From Octopus sinensis (taxonomy: Eukaryota), in the NCBI RefSeq assembly GCF_006345805.1, contig NC_043013.1:13826001-13890000 (forward strand): 64,000 nucleotides of DNA. Direction: 5' to 3'. Shown here in pieces: positions 14,301 through 26,753 of the stretch (its first letter is position 1; every line of letters starts with the position of its first letter). The position numbers and the translations under genes were made by a program. The notes below the pieces were generated by a model that saw nothing but the letters and a program-made list of their open reading frames with translations, had not been told where the DNA came from and ran no database searches.

Positions 14301-17004
14301 TTGTAAGGTCATGAGTACGATTCCTAGCGGTGTGCTGTGTTCTTGGACAAGGCACTCTACTTCACCTTGCTGCTGTCCACTCAGCTGAAGTACTCAGCCA
14401 CTTGCATGTTAATTTTATGAGCAGACTGTTCTGTTGAATAGATAAATAACAATCTCATTGTCATAACCGATGGAGTGCCGTTTTTAAAAGAGTGAAAGAA
14501 CAGGAAATGTTCCATATTGTAAGGCAAAAATGTTATGTGTTCAGTATAAGCAGTGAAAGCTAAGACGAAATAATTGCTATTCCGTTGTGTAGTGACTTCC
14601 CCCTGGACGCCTGCTCGGTTTGATAAAAATTGCCTGTGCGTCAATGTTTATATGAGAGCTTGGCCTCCAAATCTGTGAGACCTACAAATGTCACCGTTAG
14701 GACCGAATTTACATCCATTGTGACCCTAATAATTAAAAAGATTTTCCTACCCCTATATAAGATCTTTTTCATTTTCTTCCAACCATTTGAAGGTTTATCT
14801 TGCTCCAGTCCACTCAGCTGGCCAAAATGAGTTGTAGCTGTAATAGAAAGTGGCTAGTCTTGTCACATTCTGTGTGAGGCTGAATATCTCTGAGAAGTAT
14901 GTTAATGGTGTGTAATCTGTGGAGTACTCATCCACTTGCACATTAATTTTTATCTTTGTGTGGTAATGAAACATGAAAGTGACATCCAATATCTTCTGTA
15001 GTTATTTGACTCTGATTTAACAATGTGTCTGTGTATCTATGTATCTACTTTTCTTTCGATGTATGTATCAGTCTACTCTAAAAATACTGATAAACATTTA
15101 AAAACACAAAACAAACACCACCTTCCTTTCAGTTACCACTCACTGTCTCTTTCACTCACTCTCTCTCTCTCTCTCTATCTCATTTCCTCTTTGTCCCTCC
15201 TCTCTCACTTTTAATTTAACAATCTGTGTATGTATCCATGTACGTATGTATCTATTTTTCTTTCGATATATGCAGCAGTCCTACTCTGATAAAACTGATA
15301 AACATTTAAAAGCAACACTCACTGTCTCACTCACTTTCTGTTTTTCTCTCTCACTTCCTCTCTGTCTCTCCCCCTCACTTGCTTTCCCACTCACTTCAAC
15401 TATACCTCCTCTGCTTAACACCTTTTTTATTTTTACCCCTCCCTTCAACATTTTTATCTTTTCTTTTAAAATAAGCATGACACATGCCACAGGTATGTAT
15501 GTAAAAAAAGAAAAAGTTAGCGTATCAATATACGTAATGATTTTGAAGGAAATAACCCAGAGACTCCATAATGCTTCAGGAAAACAGGCATTACTGTTAG
15601 TGTGGGTTCTAGTCTAATGGATACAAGAGATGTGTGCATCAGTGGTATCTAGATAAAGTGGCAAGAGAGCAACCAGCTCTTAGGAGCAGAGGCTATTGTA
15701 GTAGTGGTAGAAAAGGTAAAGAGAGGACACAGCACATCTATGGGTAAGAATTTGGTTTGTATTGGTGACTTCATGCCAGTCAGTTGAGTACCTTTCTGGA
15801 ATTGGTCTTATGATATCTTATGATATCAGCACCATCCCAGATGCTGAATCATTATTCCACTATGTATCCCATTTTCTACATTTACTTCTGATGGTAAAAT
15901 ATTTCTTGTTATTCCTTTTCAGTTTATTTAAAATTAATCATAAAGTATACTAGCCATCTCAATATGGCTAACCACTAAGGGTATTATTATTGCTTAAAAT
16001 TAATCATTATTTGATTAAACTAAATTAAAAGACATTTACCTATTTCTGTGTAGGGATTTATGTATCTATATCTGTGAAAATTTGTATTTTTCATTGGGGA
16101 TGTTCTTAATCACTTGATTTTGCTATTAATCAATTTCTATCATCCCCATCACAACTTCACTTCAACTATTGATTTGGTTTCTATTTCTCTTTTGATAGAA
16201 ATACTTTACATGAGGAGCCATCAAAACCCTGTGATGCATTCGGTACAGTAAGCTTTGTAGGAAGTGAGAAAACTGCAAAGGTAATTGTTTTTTTAATTTT
16301 TTTTAAAATTTTTATTGATATCTGTTTGTAAAAATTGTATTCAATAAATTCATGATTTTGCCAATGGATTTGTATGGCAACAACATTTTACGTCTTTTGT
16401 GAATATATTTACATACATTTCCATTCTTTTGTAAACTGGCAATTATTTTTCATATTGGTGTGTATCAAAGAAAAAAGTTCACAGTTCATTTTTTTCCAGA
16501 AGGTATGGAGGTTGGTCCGTACTTCTGGGATTGAATAGTCCCTTAGGTATGATCCCAGGTAGATCCAGGCAGTATTTTAAAAGATGTGTTCAATTTTTTT
16601 CTCCTATCTGTATTCTTCTATCTACTTCTACTCTTTATTCCTCTATTTTTATTCCTTATAAACTGTGAATTTTCCTGGCTAGAACTTTCATACATACTCA
16701 CCTTAAGGGAGTACCCAGTGTACAGACATGCTAGCTTATCACTTGGGATATCTTTGAAACAGCTGTAAGACTTTAAATTCACCTTACTCTAATTAAATTA
16801 TTATAAATGACTTGAGATAGTCGTCCTGCCTTGATTTTTATTGTCCTTTTCCTTCAATATATACCTGCTAACACAGAACCTTAATACTGATCCCTAGTTC
16901 CAGCCTTAACTGTGAACTTAAAACCTAACGGATGACCAATTATAGTAGTTAAGTGTACCTATTCATTTAGATTACCAGTGAACTAAACTCCTCATGTATA
17001 TATG

Positions 17005-17038
<34 letters not shown>

Positions 17039-20000
17039 ATATCATCATCATCGTTTAACATCCGCTTTCCATACTAGCATGGGATGGACGATTTGACTGA
17101 GGTCTGGCAAACCAGGTGGCTGCACCAGGCTCCAATCTGATATGACAGAGTTTCTAAAGCTGGATACCCTTCCTAACTCCAACTACTCTGAGTGTGTAGT
17201 GGGTGCTTTTATGTGCCACCAGCATGAGGGCCAGTCAGGCAGCACTGGCAACGGCCATGCTCAAATGGTACTTTTTATGTGCCACCTGCACAGGAGCCAG
17301 TCCAGCGGCTCTGGCAATGACCTTGCTCGAATGTTTTTTCACGTGCCAACAGCACAAGTGCCAGTAAGGTGACGCAGGTAACAGTCACACTCGAATGGTG
17401 CATTTTATGTGCCATCGGAAAAGAGGCCGGTAGTTGCTCTGGTAACGGTCACGCTCATATGGTACCACGGATGCAAGTCATCGAATTTGATTTTGATTTC
17501 GATTTCACTTGCCTCAACAGGTCTTCGCAAGCAGAGTTTTGTGTCCAATGAAGGAAAGGTATGCATAAGTGGGCTGGTTACACCCATGGCATAGGTCACA
17601 AGGTTATTGTCTCACTTGAGCTTGCCGGGTCTTCTCAAGCACAGTACATTTCCAAAGGTCCCAGTCACTAGTTATTGTCTTGGTGAGGCCCAATGTTTGA
17701 AGGTCATGCTTCACCATCTCACCCCAGGTCTTCCTAGGTCTACCTCTTCCACAGGTTCCCTCAACCGCTAGGGTGTGGCACTTTTTCACACAGCTATCTT
17801 CATCCATTTGCACCACATGACCATACCAGCGCAGTTGTCTCTCTTGCACACCACATCTGATGCTTCTTAGGTCCAACTTTTCACTCAAGGCACTTACACT
17901 CTGTCGAGTATGCACACTGACATTACACATCCATTGAAGCATACTGACTTCGTTCCTTGCAAGCTTACGCATGTCCTCAGCAGTCACAGCCCATATTTCC
18001 AGGCCATGTAGCATGGCTGTTCATACACATGCATCATACAGACTACCTTTTACTCTGAGTGAGAGGCGCTTTGTCACTAGCAGAGGTAGGAGCTCCCTGA
18101 ACTTTGCCCAGGCTATTCTTATTCTAGCAGCTACACTTTCAGAACACCTTTCCCCGCTACTGACTTGGTCACCTAGGTAATGGAAGCTATCAACCTCTTG
18201 CAATTTGTCTCCCTGGAATGTGGCAGGAGTTGTTCTCTGCATATTTTCAGTGTTTATTGCTCCTGAGTATCTGCCACATACAAAATCTATCCTCCTAGTT
18301 AGCCTTCCTCTGATATTGCTGCACCTCTTATGTGTCCATAACTTACACTGGATACATCTTATAGAGTTTCTACCTACGCCTTTTCTACAGATCGATCAGG
18401 GCCATCTACCTTAAGGGATTTGTGGTTTGCCTGCCTTCCTACTTTGGTTTCAGCTAGGTTGACTCTAAGGCTCTTCGATTCTAATCCTTGCTTCCACACC
18501 TGAAACTTCTCCTCTAGTTCTGACAGTGACTCAGCTATTAGAGCAAGGTCATCAGCATAGAGGAGCTCCCAGGGGCAGATATATATAGATATATGCTGAG
18601 TGGTGAAAATATATTTCATAAGATTCAGCCTGCTAGAGAACGTCGGAGGATATTTAGAGATTAAAGCCAACCAGATGTCAATTGTGGAACACGACTGTCA
18701 CTACATATACCTGATGATTGCATAATACTTGAAAGTTCATTTCCATAATATGAAATTGTAAACTTTTTAAATTGTAAAAATTCCAAGTAATAAAAGGTGA
18801 AAATCAGACTACGTTGGAATTTCATTAATATATTGCTCTATACAGAATCATACAAACTGGGACATATATGTGTGTGTGTGTGTGTGAATAAATACCCATT
18901 CCATTCCCTCAATTTGATAAAATGGATCATGGTATGATATGGCACAAACTGCGTGATCTTAGCATAGCTGGAAAACTTGGAGAGTGGTTACATGACTTTC
19001 TGAAAGATAGAAGTCCGGCAGTAGTGGTCATTGGAGCCAACTCAATGAAAACTCAAACAGTGAGCAGTGTTCCATGGGGCACTGTCTTGGGACCACTGCT
19101 TTTCATAGTGGCCCTATCAGATATGCCCTCAACTGCCCCGATAGCCACCCTTGCTAGCTACGCAGACAATATGTAAGTCTCACAGAAAATACAGAACCCC
19201 AGTGATGTTGCACATATGCAGCAGGAGTTGGACTCAATTTACAGATGTGCTGAGGATAATAACATGCAGTTTAATGCTCAAAACTTCCAGGCCCTGCACT
19301 ACCAGCATCCAAAACTGAACATGAAACTTATAGGGTACACTGGTCCACAGGGAATTACAATCCCAGAGCCTAAATCAGTGAAGGACCTGGGTATTGACAT
19401 GAGTGATGATACCTCTTTCCAAGTGCATATTACCAGGATGGCACCAAAGTGCAGACAACTGGCGGCTGAATGGATCCTGAGAACATTCAGAACCAGAGAT
19501 AAGGAAAACCATGATGGTCCTCTGGAGGACATTCATCCTCAGCTGCCTGGATAACTGCTCACAGCTGTGGTCACCCAACAGTGTGAAATTAACGACACAC
19601 CTTGAAGCAATCCAGCAAAGCTTCACAATGAAGATTGTCTCTTTGTAACAGCTCAGCTACTGGGAAAGTCTGAAACAGCTAAGACTCTATGCCTTGCAGT
19701 GAAGGCAGGAGAGGCATGCAGTAATATACATCTGGAAGCCCCTGGAAGTAAATGTGCCAAATTTTGACATTGAAAGCTACACCAATGCTAGAATGAGTCA
19801 ATACTGCACAGTGCCAAAGATCCCAGCAGTGCTATCATGCTTCAGGACCCCTTACTCTAACAGCCTGGGTTTCAGAAGCCCACAGCTTTTTAATATTCTC
19901 CCAAAGAGCCTGAGGAACCTGCACAAAGTAGATGTAGACATTTTTAAATCAAGGGTGAACCTCTTCCTGTCGAGAGCCCCAGATGAACCTATCTCGTGGC

Positions 20001-23000
20001 AAGAGGTGCAAATGAGGGTAGCTACATCAAACTTTATTCTTCACCAAGTGCCACATGTTAGAAGAGGCTCTCAGTAAAAAACGCCTATGCTCCAGCATGG
20101 CCGCAGCTATGAGCTGAAACTACAAATGTATATATATATATATATATATATGAGAAAAGTAAAAAGAAAACACTGAAATTTATCCTACAGAACAACTATT
20201 TCATGTTCGATATAGGTTTACTATTGACAAAATGTGGAATTGCAATGGGAACTCCAGCTGCACCAGTGATTGCGAATCTTGTAATGGATCATCTAGAACT
20301 TGAAATTTACTAATCATCACTACAAAAATATGGTACCTCATTTCATTGCTATTTAAAGGAGAACTGGAAGAGGTACTTAGATGATTGCTTTATACTCAGA
20401 AACGATAGCATGGACAAACTCCTTGATTTCAAAATAATGCTCAACAATATCAATAGCAGCATACAATTCACCATGAAATACAGCAATAAACAACTTCCTT
20501 TTCTTGACATCCTAATTAAAATAGTCAATAGCCACATCGAAATGGACATCTACAAACCCACAAATTCAAGACAATACCTATTATTCAACTCATGCTACTC
20601 CAAACACATAAAAATTAACGTACCTTATAATCTAACGAAAAGAATCTGTACTATATTTTGGGATACCAATACTCGTAAACGAAGACACCTTGAACTTAAA
20701 TCAACACTAATCAGGAGACATTACCCACCATCATGAATAAATGATGAGATTAAACGAGCGAAAAAAATAGACATACAAGCATTAAGGGAAGGTAACCAAA
20801 ATACTACTCCAGATCAAAAAATACTCCCATACATCTCCACATACAAGCCTAGAAACAATGAGGCCTTCAACATCATCACCCAAAATCTACCCATTCTCAC
20901 TGGAGGTAAAACAATGAACAAAATTTTAAGCTCACACTTGAGCAAAATGCAACCGAAATCATTGAAAAACTATTAACAAGCACAAGTCTATATCAATCAA
21001 CAACGGAACCACAAGTGAAAAAATGTGGGCGGACTAACTGTGGAACATGCCCCCACCTTTTGGAGGGTACAGAGTTTCACTTCAAACAAAGTGAACTATT
21101 TAAGATTAAATCAAATTTCACCTGTTGCTCTGAAAACTTAATCTATGCTATTACCTGCTAAAGGGGCGAAAATCACTATATAGGCCAAACAGGTATGTCA
21201 CTCCAACAAAGAACAACTCTTCACAATGAACAAATCCGCTACCCACCATATAGATAGATGCAGGTCAATGAGCACATAGAAAGATGTGCTAGGAACCTTA
21301 AACCAACCTTCCTAATCTAATGTGCATTTTCTCTGTTTTCTTTTTACTTTTCCCCTATTTATACCATGTGTAGTCTTTCTTCTTTGCAACCTATCTCTAT
21401 TATATATATATATATATATATATATAAATATATATATATATAATTAAAAATGCACATTAAGAGTGTGGAATCGCAGAAATAATATATGAATGTAAAAACT
21501 TACTGCTGACAAAGTGACAAAGGCTGCATGGTGTTCAATTATAAATAATTAAAAACACACAATAAGTACAGGACATCACAAACAAGTGAAAAATATGTAA
21601 ACACACAGAGATAAGTACAGGACAAAATACCAAAGAAAGTCAAACTCCTCAGTTATCAACTGTTTATTACTGCCTGTTTCGAGCTTTCAATGACAAGACA
21701 GGAAAACTTCATAGCAGCATCCAGAAATTTTTAAAATATAATATTTATAGAGAGTTGGGGCTTCGAATGAACAAACAACACCAGAGCAGATGTACAGAGT
21801 AAACAACTGATGAAGAATTATATTATGGGCTGTTAGGCCAAAACAGATTGTAATTGGTAATGCCTGGGAGAAATTTTGAAAGGATATAAAATAAATAGAA
21901 GAGAAAAATATTAGGAGAGAGAAAATAGAAAAGAAAAAATATTGTGCTGCGAGAGAAACTAATGTCCAGCTGGCTAGACACCTCATTCAAAAAAGACAGA
22001 AAGATGAGGAAAATGGCTTGTAGTCATGTATGACCAACAGGCAGAGGGGGAAGGGGGACAAGAAAGAGGAGAGGAAAAGAAACAGAGGGAGTGGGGAGAA
22101 GGGAGAAGCAAAGAAAGATAGATGGGGGGACCGCAAAGAAGGAGGGGAGAAAAAGAAATATAGAGGATTATAGACGGATAGGGAGAAAGAAAGAAAATAA
22201 GCAGAGAACAGAGTGTGGAGTCACAGAAATTATGTATGAATATAAAAACTTATTGCTGAGAAATGCTGCATGGTGTTCATTTATAAATAATCGAAAATAA
22301 TTAGAAATACGCATTAATTACAGGATTATTACCAACGAGTGAAAAATACATAAACACACTTTGATTGTTTATGTCCACTCTGGTATCGTTTGTTCTTTCA
22401 AAGCCACAACTCTCCATAAATTTTGTATTTTAAAAATTTCTGGATGCTGCTGTATTATGAATTTTTATTGTCTTGTTGAAAGCTCAAAACAGGTAGATAT
22501 AAACAGCCGACAACTGAGGAGGAGTTTAACTTCCTTTGGTGTTTTTTCCTGTACTTATCTCTGTGTGTTTACAAATTTTTCCCTCGTTGATAATATCCTG
22601 TACTTAATGCGTACTTTTAATACTTACTCTGTACTTATCTGTCGTGTGTTTACATATTTTTCACTCGCTGGTGATGTCCTGTACTTAATGCATATTTTTA
22701 ATTATTTATAATTGAACGTCACGCAACCTTTGTCAGCAGTAAGTTTATGTGTGTGTGTGTAATGATGGAAATAAGTGTCACAAAATAGGATCTGGGTAAC
22801 ATAATGTTTAGTAGTAAATAATTGTTTAAAGAAATGACTAATTCTAAATTTATATTCATGGCTAAGCTGTATGTATAAGGGGGAAATTCAAATTTGTTGC
22901 AACATAGAGCGTAATAGGCATATAATAAATAATCATTACAATAATATCAATGGCCTATAACCATTGAAATTGTTGTGCAAATTTCCCTGATTTTATCTGT

Positions 23001-26000
23001 AACAGGACAACCCATAACTTCTCAAGTATTTCATTTTCAATACCACAATTCTCGTTAATATGAATGCCGGCAATATACCATCACAATGAAATCCAATTTC
23101 CAAATTGTTACTATTTGACTATCTTTTCCATAATATCAAACCGCAGGTTATATAAATCAAATTTTTTCATCTCACATACAGTTTCTCCGTGTGGATCACA
23201 AGACCCCAATGGGAATGATGATGTATTTGATAGCATTTCTATGGAATTTGGCATTGCCAAACCTTCTCATTTCGATGATCGGAGAAAGAAAAGATTCCAG
23301 TTGACTCCAGAAATTGAAACTTTTGTGCGTCGTTTTGTCAAAGCTGCAAAAACTACAGGTATGATTTTTTTAAATTGAAATGTAAATATAATTAATTATA
23401 ATCCTTTCTACTGGAGGCACAATAACTCAAACTTGGATGGGGGGACTAGTTGATTACATCGAGCTCAGTACATAACTGGTACTTAATTTATCGACCCTGA
23501 AAAGATGAAAGGCAAAGTCAACATGGGCAGAATTTTAACTCAGCAGCAGACGAAATACTGCTAAGCTTTTGCTCGTCATGCTATTGATTCTGCTAGCTCA
23601 CCGTCTTAATAGTAATAATAATAATTATTATTATTATTATTTATTGTCTTTACGCAGCTTCTAATGCTGGAGATGTACTACGGTATCAGCTGTTCACTAC
23701 CAGTAAACTAAGGTAACACTCCTTATTTTTCAATCACCATCCGGAGTATTCGAGTGATTCCATGCAGTGCTGTTTTCTGCAAGTGCTCCTATTTGTTCCA
23801 TATACTTCTCAAGATTTTTACTCACTGTTCCCGGGGCTCTGACAATTAATGATACTACTGCCACATTTTTTTCAGTGACCACAACTGCTTAACCTCCCAA
23901 GTTAACCTCATATCTATCGACTTTTCTTTTTTCTTATCGCATATCTTGTTATCAGTTGGGCATGCTATATCTATGATCCAGCATCGTTTGCTTTCTTTCT
24001 CAATTAACACTATGTCTGGTTTCCTATTCTCTATCTGATGGTCGCACTGAATCATAAAATCCCATAGGATCTTTGCATTATCATTTTCGATGATGCCTTC
24101 GGGTTTATGTTCGTACCACTTTTTTGCTCTGTCAAGTCTATACTTTGCAATATTGTCATGACCCCTCTTATATTCTTTCTGGGCTAGTGGCATACATTGA
24201 CTGGTAATATTCCATATGGTTTCACCATTTTGTCCACAAATTCTACACTTATCATTTTCTGATGAGTTGTCTATTCTCTGTTTGATGTAATTGATTCTTA
24301 ATGCTTGCCCTTGGGCAGCACAGCCTCCGTTTCAGGTTTAAATCACTTTTAGTCATCCATAGATATCTTTTTACTCTGACTTATTTTCAACATCTATGCA
24401 TTCTTTTCTTTATTCACCTATTTTCAGTTTCATTTATTCTCAAGTCCTTGTACAGTGCTTTAACTTTACAATCTTCCACCCTACACAAGCCTGGCCTTCT
24501 CACTTCTGATAATAGTGGTTCAGTGGTATTTTTTACATACCATGCTATGTTGTTTTCTTCTGCTCTAATGCTGTGTTTGCATCCAAACAATCCTCTTTCC
24601 CCCTTTTTCTTGGTACATACAGTTTGTGTCACTTTTATGGTGGAGTGTCCTATATCTAGTCAGCAACTTCCTTGTCTTTCTGTCTATGCTGTTTAGTTCG
24701 TCTACTGTCCATGCGATTATCCCTGCTCCATATCTAACGAATGAAACCACCCAGATGTTGATAGCTTCAATTTTATTCCGTCCATTTAATTTCAACTTAA
24801 GGATTAGTCTCAATTTGCACAAGTACTCCACCTTAAATTTTTCTGTCATTTCTTTCTCTATCAATTTATCCATTTCCAATATCCCCAAATACTTATAGCC
24901 CGTCTCTTCTATCTGATTCATAACATTAACCAACGGTATTGCTAGTTCATGCATACATTTGATTTTTCCTGTCTTCAAGACTAACACAACACACTTTTTC
25001 AATCCGAACTCCATTCTGATATCAGCACTAAAAGTATCAACGAGGGAACTGACTTAGGATTCCTCTTTACCATAAAATTTGAGGTCATCTATGAATAACA
25101 AATTGATAATTGATCCATGCCAGAGTTAAGTTAGTTTTCCTCCTCTTGCAGTCTCTAAGTACAATTTTGTCTACTGGGAATTGATCCTTGGTACCTCTGT
25201 ACTTATGCTTGCACCCCTTCTGCTCATATGGCAGGACTCCATTTTTTCCAGATGTCCATACATTGACTCTGTGACAATTACAGTCAATAATTTCCACATA
25301 AGTGGCAAGCAGGATATCCTGGCCTGTAAGTGTCTACTGTATGGCCTTTTTCAATGTTTTTCAAGCACAGCACTGTCCTACCCATTGTCAACCACTCTGG
25401 TATTACTAGGCATTACTAGGTAATAATTTAACAAGGTGTTGAGTTGTGCAGCTATTCGTGCATGACATTTACCAAATCTTTTGATCCAGTAGCCTTGAAC
25501 TCCATCTGTTCCTGGGGCCTTCCAGTTGCCCATGTTTTTGCTGATTTCCTTCACTTCTCTAAATGAAATGCCTAGTTCTGCATGTTTTGGACAGACTACT
25601 ATTTGTTTCAGTTCTTGCAACCATTCAGCATCCTTCTTGTGCTCCTTGTCTTTGCTCCAGATGTCACTCCAAAATCTTTGACTTTCAATGTTATCTGGTA
25701 TCAACTTTTCATCTGTACACTCTCCATTTATTTCTTTGTAGAATCTCTTCTGATCTACGCTGAATAACCTATTCTGCTGGCATCCTTTCATTTTTTGGTC
25801 CTATCTTACCATTTTTGCTTTCTTTGCAATGTGACGCTGTTTCAGTTCCTCCATTTCCACTTCTAGGCCCTTTCTTTCAATATAATACTTCCTGTTCAGT
25901 ACCCTGTATTTTTGTTCACTTTTAAGTGGCTCCTTTTCTTTTCAGTCTAACATAGAAATGTCCTTCGAGAGCTTATCTAACCCCGCCTGTATTCTTTTTT

Positions 26001-26699
26001 TCCACCATGGATCTTTTCTTTTGTCACTCCTATTATTATTATTATTACATGTTTGACTTTTGCTTTGTATTTGTACAAGTTGGCTCCAAGTCTCACCCAG
26101 AGACCTCAAGAGACAACAAGTTAGAAGTTCATGTTGGTGTTATGCCTAGGGTGCCATATATTTGGTCTTGTTCATAGTGTTGTTCTAGAGAATGTTTAAG
26201 AAAACATAAGAAAATTATGTGTTTGTTTTAAAATTTGAGATTACATAGAAAGTATTTTGCATAGGATATGGGCAGTTCCCATGAGCACTCTCTTTTGAAT
26301 TTCTGCCATTTTCGGGTTTCCTGGTATCTGAGCTAGGTAGCAATCAACCCCTTTTGCTATCATTCCTAGGGCACCTATGACAACAGGTATTGTTTTAGTC
26401 TTCAGGTTCCACATTTTTCTAATTTCAATTTCAAGATCTTTATACTTGCTCAGTTTTTGTCTGAAGTCTTTCAATGTGATGTTCTGGCCTATTTGAAACT
26501 ATCTTTCTGTCAGTTTGAATGGTGAAGTTCCAGAGGAGTGAGATGTGATCATTTTCAAGCACTGGAGGTGGTTTGTGTTCCCACCAGTTTTTATCATGGG
26601 GCAAGTCAAGGTTTTTGCAAATTACCCAGTGAATATATTGTGCAGCTGTATCATACCTGTTGAGATACTCAGTGTGCTAACGACTCTGCCAGCTCACCG

Positions 26700-26753
<54 letters not shown>

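Noticed and set aside
14262-14335. tRNA-like sequence
   Set aside because: Degenerate B box and acceptor stem, and it continues into a SINE body; treated as a SINE head, as are the family 1 heads
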